DNA of 64,000 bases from an uncultured Gammaproteobacteria bacterium (GCA_963748215.1 CAVVHS010000008.1:320001-384000); one strand, 5' to 3'; counted from the stretch's first letter, positions 1 to 9,979 are shown. Program-made: numbers and translations. Notes: a model not told the origin generated them from the sequence alone.

Positions 1-156
1 CTTCTTAGCGTGGATTCGGTAGCAACACCGATTCCCCTGTCGACGGGCATATAACGCCGAGGATTTTCCCAGCTTCGTGCAGCCAGTAACCATCGGAATA
101 CTGCTCAGGCAATTTTACTGAGACAGGTTCTGGTGATAAACGTGCTCTGATCCCCT

Positions 157-1818
157 TCACCTGCTGGCCGTACCGACCGGACCGAACACGGCAAGTTGAA
201 GGGCACCGATCCTGGTATCCTGGAGGTGCCTGGGCGGTATGACTTTCAGCAGGCCGAGGTTTTTCAAGCGCTCGTAGGGCTGTGTCCCGATACCCGCAAT
301 GTAGACAGCCCTGCCGGCACGCACCATGTCGAGTATGGCCTGCTCGAGCGCCAGGGAGGATGACACACCCAGGTGTTGCACATCGGTCATGTCAACCACC
401 ATGGCTTCAAGCCCTTCGACCTGGGAGTTACTGCGGCTGATCGCACGCGAGGTGCCGAAGATCATGGACCCGCGCATATACAGCAGCAGCACTTTGTTGC
501 CGGCCTCCTGGAGGATGTCTTTCTCGTAGGGTGTCAGCCCGATATCGGTGCTCTCAGGATCGGTCACTGCCTTGACATCGGCCGCCTGCAGTTCCGAGAG
601 CCGCATGACCGTTATGACGTTGGCGACGAACAGACCGAGACCGACGGCGACGATGAGGTCGACGAACACAGTCAGCAGTGTGACCCCGAAGGTGATCATG
701 CTGCCTTTCGGCGAGATACGGTAGGCCCGCTTCAGGAAATTCCAGTCGACGATATCGATACCTACCTTCAGCGCTATGCCCGACAGTACGGCCAGTGGAA
801 TGACCGCTGTCAGATCAGCCACCCACAGCACGACGACGCAGAGGATAGCGACCCTGACCAGGCCCGCCAGCGCGGTACGCGCACCCGCCTGGATTCCGAC
901 TACGGTGCCCATGGTGGCACCGGCACCCGGCAGGCCGCCGAACAGGCCCGACATGGCATTGCCGATACCCTGGCCGATCAGTTCTTTGTTTGAGTTGTGT
1001 TCCTGGCGGGTGAGGCTGTCGGCGATCACCGAGGTCAGCAGTGCGTCGATGCTTCCGAGTACACCGAGGATCACGGCATCAACCAGCATGACCTGCCACT
1101 GCTCGGTACTGAATACCGGCAGCCTGATCTCCGGCAGGCCGGTCGGAATCTCGCCGATACGCCGGATGCTGTCCGGTCCGAACAGGGTGACCGAAATCAG
1201 GGTCACGACGACCAGCGCGAAAAGTTGCGCCGGCAGGTACCGCTTCAGCCTGACTGGCATGAACACCAGGATCGCCATGGTGGTCACTGCCATCAGGGTC
1301 TCGACCGGCCGCAACCCGGCGAGCAGCCGTGGCAGGTCCTGCAGGATGGCGATCACCCCGCCACCCGGCGATGCCTGGCCCAGGAACGGGCCGATTTGCA
1401 GGATGATCAGGATGACGCCGATGCCGGACATGAATCCCGATACAACCGTGTAGGGCATCAGGGTGACGTATTTCCCCAGCCGCATGACACCGAAGAAGAT
1501 CTGGAACAGACCGGCCATGACCACGACCGTGAATGCCATTGCCATGCCGTTCACCGGGTCGGAGGCGATCAGCTTGGCGATGACTGCGGTAAATACCACG
1601 GTCATCGGGCCTGTCGGCTCGGACATCAAGCAGGGCGAGCCGCCGAACAACGCGGCAAACAGGCCGACCAGTATCGCACCGTAGAGCCCTGCCTCCGCAC
1701 CGGCACCCGAAGCGACACCAAAGGCCAGCGCCATCGGCAGGGCGATCACCGCGGCCGTAGTGCCGCCGAAAACGTCGCCCCGAATGTTGCGCAGGTTGAT
1801 TTCGTTGAACAGTTGCAC
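157..1818 (-). CDS. SulP/SLC26 anion transporter with C-terminal STAS domain, BicA-like (probable bicarbonate uptake)
   Basis: 553 aa polytopic membrane protein with SulP motifs (GDVFGGTTAAVIALPMALAFG, SEPTGPM, NKELIGQG) and a STAS-like tail; last gene of the carboxysome locus. Confidence 0.88.
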   Translation of the reverse strand: MQLFNEINLRNIRGDVFGGTTAAVIALPMALAFGVASGAGAEAGLYGAILVGLFAALFGGSPCLMSEPTGPMTVVFTAVIAKLIASDPVNGMAMAFTVVVMAGLFQIFFGVMRLGKYVTLMPYTVVSGFMSGIGVILIILQIGPFLGQASPGGGVIAILQDLPRLLAGLRPVETLMAVTTMAILVFMPVRLKRYLPAQLFALVVVTLISVTLFGPDSIRRIGEIPTGLPEIRLPVFSTEQWQVMLVDAVILGVLGSIDALLTSVIADSLTRQEHNSNKELIGQGIGNAMSGLFGGLPGAGATMGTVVGIQAGARTALAGLVRVAILCVVVLWVADLTAVIPLAVLSGIALKVGIDIVDWNFLKRAYRISPKGSMITFGVTLLTVFVDLIVAVGLGLFVANVITVMRLSELQAADVKAVTDPESTDIGLTPYEKDILQEAGNKVLLLYMRGSMIFGTSRAISRSNSQVEGLEAMVVDMTDVQHLGVSSSLALEQAILDMVRAGRAVYIAGIGTQPYERLKNLGLLKVIPPRHLQDTRIGALQLAVFGPVGTASR

Positions 1819-1859
1819 GTTATAGCGATTGCTGCCGCGACAGGCAGTCCGTCCATACC

Positions 1860-2933
1860 TCAGTTTTTCTTGTCACGTGCTGCCCTTGTCACGCGTGCCT
1901 GTTTCTTTCTGCTCCCGCCGGATTTCTTCGGCTTGCGCAGGCACTGCTTCATGTCCGGCCACAACGCCTCCATGCGTTCGAGGATCTTATCCTCACTCGC
2001 AATGGTGAAATCCAGGAAGGTGCGCGCCACCAGCGACAGTTCCTTGCCCTTGGGGTAGACAATGAACCACTGACGCATGATCGGAAAGTCCTTGACCTTG
2101 AGGATTGCCACAGCCCCCCTGGTACCCTCCAGCAGCAGGGTGTGCAGCGAGAGAACGGAGAGGCCGAGGCCTCCAATCACAGCATGCTTGATGGCCTCGT
2201 TACTGCCAAGCTCCATACGCACCCGAGGCTGGCAGCCATGTGCATTGAATACGCGCAGGGTGGCATCGCGGATACCCGACCCCGGTTCGCGCATGATGAA
2301 AGGCTCCTGGCTGATCTCCTGGAGCGAGATGCTTTTCCTGCCCACCAGCGGATGCTCGCGCGGCGCAATGACCACCAGCGGATTCGGCGCGAAGGGAAAC
2401 GCCTCGACATCCAGACGCTCGTTGGGCAGGCCGGTGATGTACAGATCATCCTCGTTAGCATGCAGGCGCTCGATGATGCGCTCGCGGTTGGTTACCTTCA
2501 GCGACAGCTCGATGCCCGGATAAAGCCGGCTGAACTCGCCCAGCATCTCCGGGGCGAGATACTTGGCCGTGGTGATCACCCCGATGCGCAGGTGGCCCCG
2601 TTTCAGCCCCTTGAGATCGGCAAACTTCATCTCGAGATTGGCCAGCGAATCGAACACCTGCCGACAGGCTGCGTACAGCTCCATTCCGGCCTCTGTGGGC
2701 GTGATATTGCGACCGACATGTTCGAAAAGCTCCAGGCCCATGACATCCGCCAGTTTCCTGATCTGCATGGAAACGGTTGGCTGGGTCAGAAACAGCTCTT
2801 CGGCCGCGCGCGTGAAACTGCCGAGCCGGACGATTGCCTCGAATACCTGTAACTGCCGCAGGGTCGCATGCCGGATCAGGTAGTGCGGCATGGTCATGGG
2901 CGGTCTGTCGCTGGAACGATCCGGGGCGGACAT
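1860..2933 (-). CDS. cbbR: LysR-family regulator of the CbbR/CmpR/NdhR group
   Basis: HTH TLRQLQVFEAIVRLGSFTRAAEELFLTQPTVSMQI; VITTAKY, LKVTN, NEDDLYI, REPGSG, ELGSNEAIK motifs; start may be at 2897 or 2891. Confidence 0.88.
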   Translation of the reverse strand: MSAPDRSSDRPPMTMPHYLIRHATLRQLQVFEAIVRLGSFTRAAEELFLTQPTVSMQIRKLADVMGLELFEHVGRNITPTEAGMELYAACRQVFDSLANLEMKFADLKGLKRGHLRIGVITTAKYLAPEMLGEFSRLYPGIELSLKVTNRERIIERLHANEDDLYITGLPNERLDVEAFPFAPNPLVVIAPREHPLVGRKSISLQEISQEPFIMREPGSGIRDATLRVFNAHGCQPRVRMELGSNEAIKHAVIGGLGLSVLSLHTLLLEGTRGAVAILKVKDFPIMRQWFIVYPKGKELSLVARTFLDFTIASEDKILERMEALWPDMKQCLRKPKKSGGSRKKQARVTRAARDKKN

Positions 2934-2997
2934 GGAATCACCCTGTCACGGGGTTGTATTGATCGGCGCACGGGCTTGGCCGCGCCATGCAATTCGA

Positions 2998-3047
2998 ATA
3001 TATATAATTATATATATGTGTGAGGAAAAGTATAGATTATGATCGAT
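2998..3047 (-). promoter_or_regulatory. Promoter/operator region of the LysR gene
   Basis: 20-bp AT palindrome 2998-3017 containing a minus-strand TATAAT (3007-3012); near-match operator ATAG-ATTATGAT-CGAT at 3032-3047. Confidence 0.55.
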
Positions 3048-3060
3048 CTTTACCAAGGAC

Positions 3061-3306
3061 TCAGTCGGGCCAGATCCGGCCGTGACTCTGATAGGGATCG
3101 TTGCTGATCAGCTGCGTGGCTGCCTTCATGACTGCCGCCTCAGGTACACGCTTCGTCTGCGTTGCCGGTTTTGCCGGCGCCCGGCGGGCAGTCGTCTTTT
3201 TGGTGGCCCTGGCGCGGGTACCCTCTGAGGGCTTCCCGCCCGCACCCAACTTGCTCTTGCGCATGGAATCCAGCAGTTTCTCCTTGGCCTTGTCTGCAGT
3301 CGTCAT
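3061..3306 (-). CDS. mcdB: Carboxysome positioning protein McdB (alpha type)
   Basis: 81 aa, basic and low complexity, C-terminal RIWPD; directly downstream of a ParA ATPase in a cso locus. Confidence 0.85.
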   Translation of the reverse strand: MTTADKAKEKLLDSMRKSKLGAGGKPSEGTRARATKKTTARRAPAKPATQTKRVPEAAVMKAATQLISNDPYQSHGRIWPD

Positions 3307-3929
3307 TATGCGGTTACCTCCTGGATGAGTTGTTCAAGTTCTTCGGCTGCGGCTGCGCCGCGTGCGCCCATATCAAAAACGCTCTTCCCTTCCAGCGCAC
3401 TGTTGCGGTAAACCGCACGCCGCCTCAGCGCCGTCCTGGCAACCGGCAGGGAGATTTCCGTCAGCGCCTCGCGCACCACGCGCGAGAGCGTTGTCCGTAT
3501 TTCCAGCTGATTGATCACCAGCAGCGACCTGAGCGATGGATTGGTTCTACGCGCGTTTGCAATCGCACGTTCTATGTGGACAGTCGCCCACAGGTCAACC
3601 GGCGACGGCTGTACCGGTATCAGCGCCAGGTCGCCGACCTCCAGTACCGAAATTGTTTGTGAAGCATGGACTGACGGCGGACAGTCGACCACGACGTAGT
3701 CAAACTCCCGGGCCAGTTCGGTTATCTGGGTCTGCAGATTGCCGGTTGCAGCGATTGCAGAAATGGAATTCTGTTCGTCAGCTAATTCCCGCCATTGCAG
3801 TGATGAACCCTGCGGATCGGCATCCACAACCACAATCCCGGCCTGCCTGGCGAGTCCGGCGGCGAGGTTGACGCTCAGCGTTGTTTTCCCAGCACCACCC
3901 TTGTTGCCGACAACGGCAATTACAGGCAT
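3306..3929 (-). CDS. mcdA: ParA-family ATPase McdA
   Basis: Deviant Walker A KGGAGKTT, DADPQ and DCPP motifs; paired with mcdB. Confidence 0.88.
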   Translation of the reverse strand: MPVIAVVGNKGGAGKTTLSVNLAAGLARQAGIVVVDADPQGSSLQWRELADEQNSISAIAATGNLQTQITELAREFDYVVVDCPPSVHASQTISVLEVGDLALIPVQPSPVDLWATVHIERAIANARRTNPSLRSLLVINQLEIRTTLSRVVREALTEISLPVARTALRRRAVYRNSALEGKSVFDMGARGAAAAEELEQLIQEVTA

Positions 3930-3941
3930 CCCGGGATACGC

Positions 3942-4208
3942 TCAGTGACTGGTTTCGCTGGCCAGCTGATCAAGCTGCCGGGCAAAACGGTGCTGCTCAT
4001 CGCCCAGCGCCTCGGTGCCTTCTTCCACGTGAATCGTGATATTCACATAATCGCGGCCGAATCCCATATCGGGATACAGGCCTTCACGCTCGGACAGTTC
4101 GGCAGCCCGGTCCAGGAAATCCCGTAACGCGCTGTAGTCCCGGAACTCGTAGCGCCGCTCGAGACGTACGGGCCGGGTGCGTTCCTGCCACTCATGGTTC
4201 ATTGCCAA
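3942..4208 (-). CDS. Pterin-4a-carbinolamine dehydratase-like Rubisco assembly factor (acRAF/Raf2)
   Basis: 88 aa, W-x-ERTRP-x-RLERRYEF...RDFLD...YPDMGFGRDYVNITI typical of the cso-associated PCD-like protein. Confidence 0.82.
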   Translation of the reverse strand: MAMNHEWQERTRPVRLERRYEFRDYSALRDFLDRAAELSEREGLYPDMGFGRDYVNITIHVEEGTEALGDEQHRFARQLDQLASETSH

Positions 4209-4251
4209 TCTCCGCAGTTGCTGACCGGACTATACAACACCGATAACCCGT

Positions 4252-4689
4252 TTATTGCAATTGCTCCAACCAGGCCTTCAGGGATTCGGCATGCTCCTGC
4301 TCTTCTGCCAGCAAACCCTCGAAAAACAAACGGTTATCCTGATCACCGATGCGAGCACAGTGACTGCGCGCCTCCGCGTAGAGCTTCACGAGCTCTTCCT
4401 CGAAGGCATAATCATGCTCCAGCAATGTCCGCAAGTCACTACCCAGGGCGACCGGACGCAGTTGTGACGCGTTCGGGGCGACACCCAGGGCGAGCATCCG
4501 GCTGATTATCCGTTCGGCATGCCCGAGCTCTTCACTGGCTTCAGCGCTAAGCTTCCCGGCTATCTCGGTCAGCCCCCACACGCCCACAAGCTTCGCCTGT
4601 GTCGTGTAGAGCTGTACCGCGGAGAGCTCGAGGCTCAGGCCGCGGCCGAGATAGCCGAGAACACGCTGATCAGTACTGGCAATTGACAT
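4252..4689 (-). CDS. Carboxysome-associated bacterioferritin-like protein
   Basis: Ferritin four-helix pattern E..EExxH..E..EExxH (SLELSAVQLY, EELGH, FEEEL, EEQEH). Confidence 0.82.
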   Translation of the reverse strand: MSIASTDQRVLGYLGRGLSLELSAVQLYTTQAKLVGVWGLTEIAGKLSAEASEELGHAERIISRMLALGVAPNASQLRPVALGSDLRTLLEHDYAFEEELVKLYAEARSHCARIGDQDNRLFFEGLLAEEQEHAESLKAWLEQLQ

Positions 4690-4726
4690 GACGACAGATC
4701 AATCAGTCGTTAAGCGATTACATGCA

Positions 4727-5041
4727 TCAGCTGCGCTCCGGACGATTGCCGCCTGATTCACTGAGTATGGGTTCTACCTCGCGATGCGGGCGGGCAATGA
4801 TGTGTGCTGCCACCAGTCCATCGCCAACGCGCTCACAGGCATCTGCACCCGCGCGCACGGCAGCATTGACAGCACCCGTCTCACCACGCACCAGAACCGT
4901 GACGTAACCACCACCGACGAAATCGCGCCCGATCAGGCGAACCTCGGCGGCCTTGGTCATGGCATCGGCAGCCTCAATAGCGGGAACCAGACCGCGTGTC
5001 TCAATCATGCCCAGGGCAATGCCAAATTTTTCGTTGGCCAT
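4727..5041 (-). CDS. csoS1: BMC-H carboxysome shell protein CsoS1
   Basis: GIALGMIETRGLVPAIEAADAMTKAAEV...GETGAVNAAVRAG. Confidence 0.96.
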   Translation of the reverse strand: MANEKFGIALGMIETRGLVPAIEAADAMTKAAEVRLIGRDFVGGGYVTVLVRGETGAVNAAVRAGADACERVGDGLVAAHIIARPHREVEPILSESGGNRPERS

Positions 5042-5088
5042 GGTCGATCTCTCCTGTTTAAACTGTTTAGGTAATAAAACCTCTACCG

Positions 5089-5406
5089 TCAGGCAGCGGC
5101 TTCGCGACTCGTACTACCGCCAGTCGGCAGAATCGGCTCGACTTCGCGATGCGGACGGGCAATGATGTGTGCCGCAACCAGACCGTCACCGACGCGTTCG
5201 CAGGCATCGGCGCCGGCACGGACCGCTGCGTTGACAGCGCCGGTCTCGCCACGGACCAGAATCGTCACATAACCGCCACCGACAAATTCACGACCGATCA
5301 GGCGAACCTCGGCGGCCTTGGTCATGGCGTCCGCCGCCTCGATAGCCGGAACCAGCCCGCGGGTCTCGATCATGCCCAGTGCAATGCCGTAACTGTCATT
5401 TGCCAT
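5089..5406 (-). CDS. csoS1: BMC-H carboxysome shell protein CsoS1 (second paralog)
   Basis: Near-identical BMC domain to the neighbouring paralog with different termini. Confidence 0.96.
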   Translation of the reverse strand: MANDSYGIALGMIETRGLVPAIEAADAMTKAAEVRLIGREFVGGGYVTILVRGETGAVNAAVRAGADACERVGDGLVAAHIIARPHREVEPILPTGGSTSREAAA

Positions 5407-5450
5407 CTTACTTTCTCCTAGTAGTTGTTGACTTGGTTGATTCAGGTAAA

Positions 5451-5744
5451 TTACAACGACAAGCCCGTTGTCACAGTTTTCTCGGTCGGCTGATCGTTTT
5501 CAGCCTCCCAGAAATCGATAATGCCGCCGATCGTCAGATCGGTCAGGATTTCAAAATCGCCGGCCGCGTATCGCGCTGCCGATCCACTCATGGTGAATAC
5601 CCAATTGCCCTTGCGCACACCTACCGGGTCCACCGCAACCTGCTGCTTGCCGCTACTGTCCCGCAGCACGCGCAGGCTGATGTGCTTCAGGCCTTCGATT
5701 CTCTGCGTACACACCAGCGGTTCCTCTGCCTGCAGAATATCCAC
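5451..5744 (-). CDS. csoS4B: Carboxysome vertex (BMC-P) protein CsoS4B
   Basis: LVCTQRI...VAVDPVG...GNWVFT.SGSAAR.A.GD..ILTDLTIGGIIDFW. Confidence 0.93.
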   Translation of the reverse strand: MDILQAEEPLVCTQRIEGLKHISLRVLRDSSGKQQVAVDPVGVRKGNWVFTMSGSAARYAAGDFEILTDLTIGGIIDFWEAENDQPTEKTVTTGLSL

Positions 5745-6001
5745 TATTGCGCCGCCTCTTCCGGTTCCCAGTGGTCGATAATGCCGACGATGGTCAGGTC
5801 ACTTGGGTATTCCTTGCTGCCGGCCGCCTCGCGTGCCGCGGAACTGCCGACACAGATCACCCAGTCGCCGGGCTTGCAGCCCACCACATCGACGGCAACC
5901 AATCTCGAACTGCCGTCAAGCACCACCTGCATGTGCTTGTGCTCCAGACCGGCTATGCGGTTGGTCGCTACCAGCGGCTTTTCCACCTGACAGATCTTCA
6001 T
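5744..6001 (-). CDS. csoS4A: Carboxysome vertex (BMC-P) protein CsoS4A
   Basis: KPLVATNRI...VAVD.VGCKPGDWVICVGSSAAREAAGSK.YPSDLTIVGIIDHW. Confidence 0.93.
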   Translation of the reverse strand: MKICQVEKPLVATNRIAGLEHKHMQVVLDGSSRLVAVDVVGCKPGDWVICVGSSAAREAAGSKEYPSDLTIVGIIDHWEPEEAAQ

Positions 6002-7533
6002 CAGTGCGCTCCCGCAGCCAGAGATGTCTTCACTGAACAGTCCAGTATCTCGATGCGGCCGGGCGCGCTGACATCGCGCACCACCTGCAGCGTGTGCAGC
6101 AGGCCGCGCTCGCTCAATTCCCGGTAGCGCGCATGCAGCGCATCCGCCACCCGGTGACAGTGTTCCTCGGCACGTTCGCGCGCACCCGGTACATTGCCGT
6201 GATAGTCAAAGCGGACCACGATCGGCACGGGCAGACCGTGCGAGACGTTCAGCCCGGTGAAAATGCTGATACCGACATCCAGGTCCCTGGCTGCCTCCTC
6301 GACGGTATTCATGTAGGCAAAGAACGTGAGGTTGCGCAGCTGCACCTCCTCGAATCCGATTCCGGCTCCGATGAAGCGTTCGGCATGGCCGATGTCGCTG
6401 TAATGACCACCGTAGTAGCCGCGCACGTACTCGACCTGCGAAATGTTGTTGGTCAGCAGGTAGGCGATAAAGCGCGCCATGCCGTCGGCCAGTGCACTAC
6501 CGCCCCGCTCCCTGACATGCTCCTCGATCCACTGCCCGGCCTGGCCCGCACTCATGCGCGCCGTGGCATCGTACACCGCCTGGCTGTCGATGTAGTTCTC
6601 CAGATCGATATTGTCGTTCGCATCCGGCATGTGTATACGAATCGCGTCGGTATCCGTGTCCATGCCGATCAGCAGGCAATCAATGGAAGCACCGCAGCAG
6701 TATGTGTTTTCCACGGCCTGCCTGAACCCCTGCAGACGGTCGAGTCCACCCTGCGCCGCCTTGCGGGTATCGGATCCGTGCGCCGCGCATCCCTCGTGCT
6801 GCGGATCAACCGAGCTGTGGTGATAGACCACCGCCTTGAGATAGCGCGTCGGTTCGTCCGCGGTATTCGGCTTGCCCTCGCGGAATCGCACCAGCTCCGT
6901 TCGCACCCACTTCTCGAGACTGTCCTCGATGTCGAACATCGCACCCGCGTAGGAGCGGCGGCGCACGGCCTTGTAGGGCAGGCGCAACACGTAGCGGATC
7001 ACGTGCGCCAGGCGGCCGTCTGAGCAGGGCGAGACGTCGAGCAGGTGGAAACCGCACTCATGCAGGAAGGCCTGGAACCGCGTATCGCTGCTGTCACCCA
7101 GCGGGTCACGGGTGAATACCTCGTCACAGAAACGGTGGTAGATTTCAAACACGCACCACGCAAACAGGCTGCGCATGTCGAGCTGTTCGACCCAGGCATC
7201 CTCGAGCAACACCTGCGGCAGTTCAAAACCAAGATGTCCGCGGGCAAGCTTTTGCGCCTGTTGCACGAAATCGGCCTCATGCTGCTGTGCGGAGATCTGT
7301 TTCAGCGTCGGCACGATCGAATCGAACGCTTCCTTGACGCTGCGCTCGTAGCTATACAGCCGGGTGTTTTCCTCGCCACGCGCCAGAGCATGCCCGCCTG
7401 AATAGCGCAGGCCAGCGCCGGTACCGGTTGCGACCGGTGCCAGCCCCGCCGACCTGTCGCCGGGACGACCGCTCGGCGCCACCGCCGGCACCCGGGACAT
7501 GGAACGATGGATTCTGTTGCGTGCGCTTAACAT
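6001..7533 (-). CDS. csoS3: Carboxysomal beta-carbonic anhydrase CsoSCA (CsoS3)
   Basis: Zn-ligand motifs PCSDGRL and YHHS...GCAAHGS; position between csoS2 and csoS4A. Confidence 0.95.
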   Translation of the reverse strand: MLSARNRIHRSMSRVPAVAPSGRPGDRSAGLAPVATGTGAGLRYSGGHALARGEENTRLYSYERSVKEAFDSIVPTLKQISAQQHEADFVQQAQKLARGHLGFELPQVLLEDAWVEQLDMRSLFAWCVFEIYHRFCDEVFTRDPLGDSSDTRFQAFLHECGFHLLDVSPCSDGRLAHVIRYVLRLPYKAVRRRSYAGAMFDIEDSLEKWVRTELVRFREGKPNTADEPTRYLKAVVYHHSSVDPQHEGCAAHGSDTRKAAQGGLDRLQGFRQAVENTYCCGASIDCLLIGMDTDTDAIRIHMPDANDNIDLENYIDSQAVYDATARMSAGQAGQWIEEHVRERGGSALADGMARFIAYLLTNNISQVEYVRGYYGGHYSDIGHAERFIGAGIGFEEVQLRNLTFFAYMNTVEEAARDLDVGISIFTGLNVSHGLPVPIVVRFDYHGNVPGARERAEEHCHRVADALHARYRELSERGLLHTLQVVRDVSAPGRIEILDCSVKTSLAAGAH

Positions 7534-7551
7534 GACAGATCGGATCGCGTG

Positions 7552-9945
7552 TTAACCGCGAGCACCTCCCGAATAGGTAATCAGGGAACCCTTCTCCGTA
7601 CCGCCGCCGCCACCCGTCACCTTGCTGGTCGGCACGGGGATTTTCTCGTTGCGCTTCTGCACCGGGGCCATCGCATGGTCGGGACCGGCACGCAGCGTCG
7701 GGTTGCGGCGGGTCGCGGAGACACCCTCCGTGCCGGTCATGCGGCCGTTGCGCTCCCAGTCATCGCCGGTGATCTTGAGGCCGGCATCCTGACCTTCACC
7801 GGTGATGCGCGACTTGACCCGGCCTTCAAAATCCTGGGCCTCGACGGGACGCATCTCGGCGGCCTGCACGCTGCCCTGCCCGAAACGGGCCTCCTCGGTA
7901 CCGGTGACCTTGCCGCTGGCCTTGCCGAACGGACCCGTGATCTGGCCCTGCTCGTACCGGTTGCCGGTCACACCCGTGGAACCCAGTGCGCGCTGGGCAC
8001 CACCCGAAGGGGGTGTCACGCTGAACTGTTGCCACGGCGCGTCAGTCAGCGCCTGCGGGAAATCCGGGCTGGCGGTGTCGGCGGGTGTCGCCGGGCAGGC
8101 GCCGGCAAACTGGTCGGCACCGACATAGGGCGTGCCGGAAACCGGTTCGCAGGCGCCCTTGCGGTCACCGGTCATCTTGCCACCCACACCGGGTTGCTGT
8201 CCGGTCAGGGCCGGGCCAGGCGTACTGCGCAATGCGCGGGTACGAAGCGCAGCGCTTGCCGCCTCATCCGCGGGGCAGAAGGCGCCGTATTGCTCGGCGC
8301 CGGCATACGGCGTACCGGTCACAGACTTGCAGGTGCCGGGCTCGTCACCGGTAACCTTGCTGGCGCGCCCTGTCATCGTGCCGGTAACGGCCTTGCCTTT
8401 CAGAGTCGTGGAGACCCCCACCTTGGTATCGGTCGGCTGTGGTGCGGTGTCGCAGAATGCACTGTATTGCTCGTAGCCGACATAGTCGTCACCGGTGATG
8501 TTACGGCAGCTGCCGGCCTCATCGCCGGTCATGCGTTCACGGCGGCCCACCATGGTACCGGTTACGCTGCCACCGCGCAGCGTGGCGCTGACGCCCACCT
8601 TGTGCGGCTCCTTACCGATATCCTCGGGCTGGGTGTACTGGGTACCGGTCAGTGCACGGCCCATACCGGACTCGTTGCCCGTCACCTTCTCGGACCGGCC
8701 CACAACGATACCGGTCATGACCTTGCCCTTGCGCGTCTCGCTCTGCACGACCTTGCTGGGCCCCTTGGCGAGGAACTCACCGCACCAGGACTGTGACTGC
8801 TCTGCGCTGATGTACTCGTTGCCGGTCACACGCTTGCAGGTACCCGGCTCATTGCCGGTCACATTGGTGCCGCGTCCTATCCTGTTGCCGCTCACGGGAT
8901 TGCCGTGCGAGGTCTGCGTCACGGTCACCTTGCGTGGCCTGGTGGACGGCTCGGTCTGGCAAAATTCGCGAAAGATGTCCGCGCCCAGGTACTCGGTACC
9001 GGTGATGCCGCGGCAGGTACTGGGCTCGTCACCCGTGACACTGGCGCTGCGGCCCACCATGGTGCCGGTTACGGTCTGGCCCTGTTCAGTCTGGCTGGCA
9101 CCAACCTTCCAGGGCTGGTCTTTGGCTGCCGCCGCGGCCGGCTTCGGCCGCACCCGTCCACAGGGCGCGGATTTCTTCTGCCCGGAACCGCCGCTGGTGC
9201 TGCGCAGTTCGCGCACCGATTTGGCGAGGTCGCGACTCGACAGGTTCTGATTGCCGGCACGCGCCGTTTGCGCGACCGACATGCCGTTCTTGCTGATACC
9301 GGCCTTGCCGCGCGAGGACATGGCTTCGCGCCGCGCCAGCGAGGCTGCACGACCCGCGGAAAGCTTGACCTTGAAGGACTTGATGCCGGGGCGCATCGCC
9401 TTGCCTGCCGGTTTCACCGGTGCTGCGGTCGCGACAGTGTCCTGTGCATCGGCCCTGGCCCTGTCCTTGCAGCCACAACCGCAAGCCTTGCCCGCCTCGC
9501 CCGTTGTCTGCGACACGGCGGGGGCGGACGCGCCCTTGCCACCGGCATCCGCCGAGCGGCTACGGTCCTGACTCCGGAGACCGGCCTTGCCGCCAGTCGA
9601 CATCGCCTGGCGACGCGCCATGGAGGCGGCACGCCCAGTGGTGGCCGGCGCCCTGACCGGCGCTGCGGTGCGTATCTGTGCAGGCGCTGCCGCGCGCTGC
9701 ATGTTAGCCGTAGACGGCAGTGCGGCCTTGCCGCCGCTCGACATTGCCTGGCGACGCGCAACGGAAGCGGCACGCCCGCTGCTGGCCGGTGCCGCGGCGG
9801 CCTGCGCCGGTGCGGGCCTGGCCGTCGTTCGCGTGTTACCAGTGTTACCAGCAGACGGCAGTGCAGCCTTGCCGCCGCTGCTCATGGCCCTGCGCCGGGC
9901 AAGAACCAGCTCGCGCGTGCTCTGGGTTGTCGCTGTTTGTGCCAT
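7552..9945 (-). CDS. csoS2: Carboxysome scaffold protein CsoS2
   Basis: N-terminal R..S.ARR.AMS..GK repeats, six M-region repeats with VTG triplets and Cys/Tyr, C-terminal ITYSGGARG. Confidence 0.96.
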   Translation of the reverse strand: MAQTATTQSTRELVLARRRAMSSGGKAALPSAGNTGNTRTTARPAPAQAAAAPASSGRAASVARRQAMSSGGKAALPSTANMQRAAAPAQIRTAAPVRAPATTGRAASMARRQAMSTGGKAGLRSQDRSRSADAGGKGASAPAVSQTTGEAGKACGCGCKDRARADAQDTVATAAPVKPAGKAMRPGIKSFKVKLSAGRAASLARREAMSSRGKAGISKNGMSVAQTARAGNQNLSSRDLAKSVRELRSTSGGSGQKKSAPCGRVRPKPAAAAAKDQPWKVGASQTEQGQTVTGTMVGRSASVTGDEPSTCRGITGTEYLGADIFREFCQTEPSTRPRKVTVTQTSHGNPVSGNRIGRGTNVTGNEPGTCKRVTGNEYISAEQSQSWCGEFLAKGPSKVVQSETRKGKVMTGIVVGRSEKVTGNESGMGRALTGTQYTQPEDIGKEPHKVGVSATLRGGSVTGTMVGRRERMTGDEAGSCRNITGDDYVGYEQYSAFCDTAPQPTDTKVGVSTTLKGKAVTGTMTGRASKVTGDEPGTCKSVTGTPYAGAEQYGAFCPADEAASAALRTRALRSTPGPALTGQQPGVGGKMTGDRKGACEPVSGTPYVGADQFAGACPATPADTASPDFPQALTDAPWQQFSVTPPSGGAQRALGSTGVTGNRYEQGQITGPFGKASGKVTGTEEARFGQGSVQAAEMRPVEAQDFEGRVKSRITGEGQDAGLKITGDDWERNGRMTGTEGVSATRRNPTLRAGPDHAMAPVQKRNEKIPVPTSKVTGGGGGTEKGSLITYSGGARG

Positions 9946-9979
9946 TGTTAACCCCGTTGAATCAACATTAATCCTGTCA

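Noticed and set aside
2998-3017. (AT)n tract as a phase-variable microsatellite
   Set aside because: It is short and interrupted, and better explained as a -10 element plus a degenerate operator palindrome.
8100-9945. Periodic DNA repeats resembling an array
   Set aside because: They encode the CsoS2 peptide repeats; there is no constant repeat-spacer structure and no cas genes, so this is not CRISPR.
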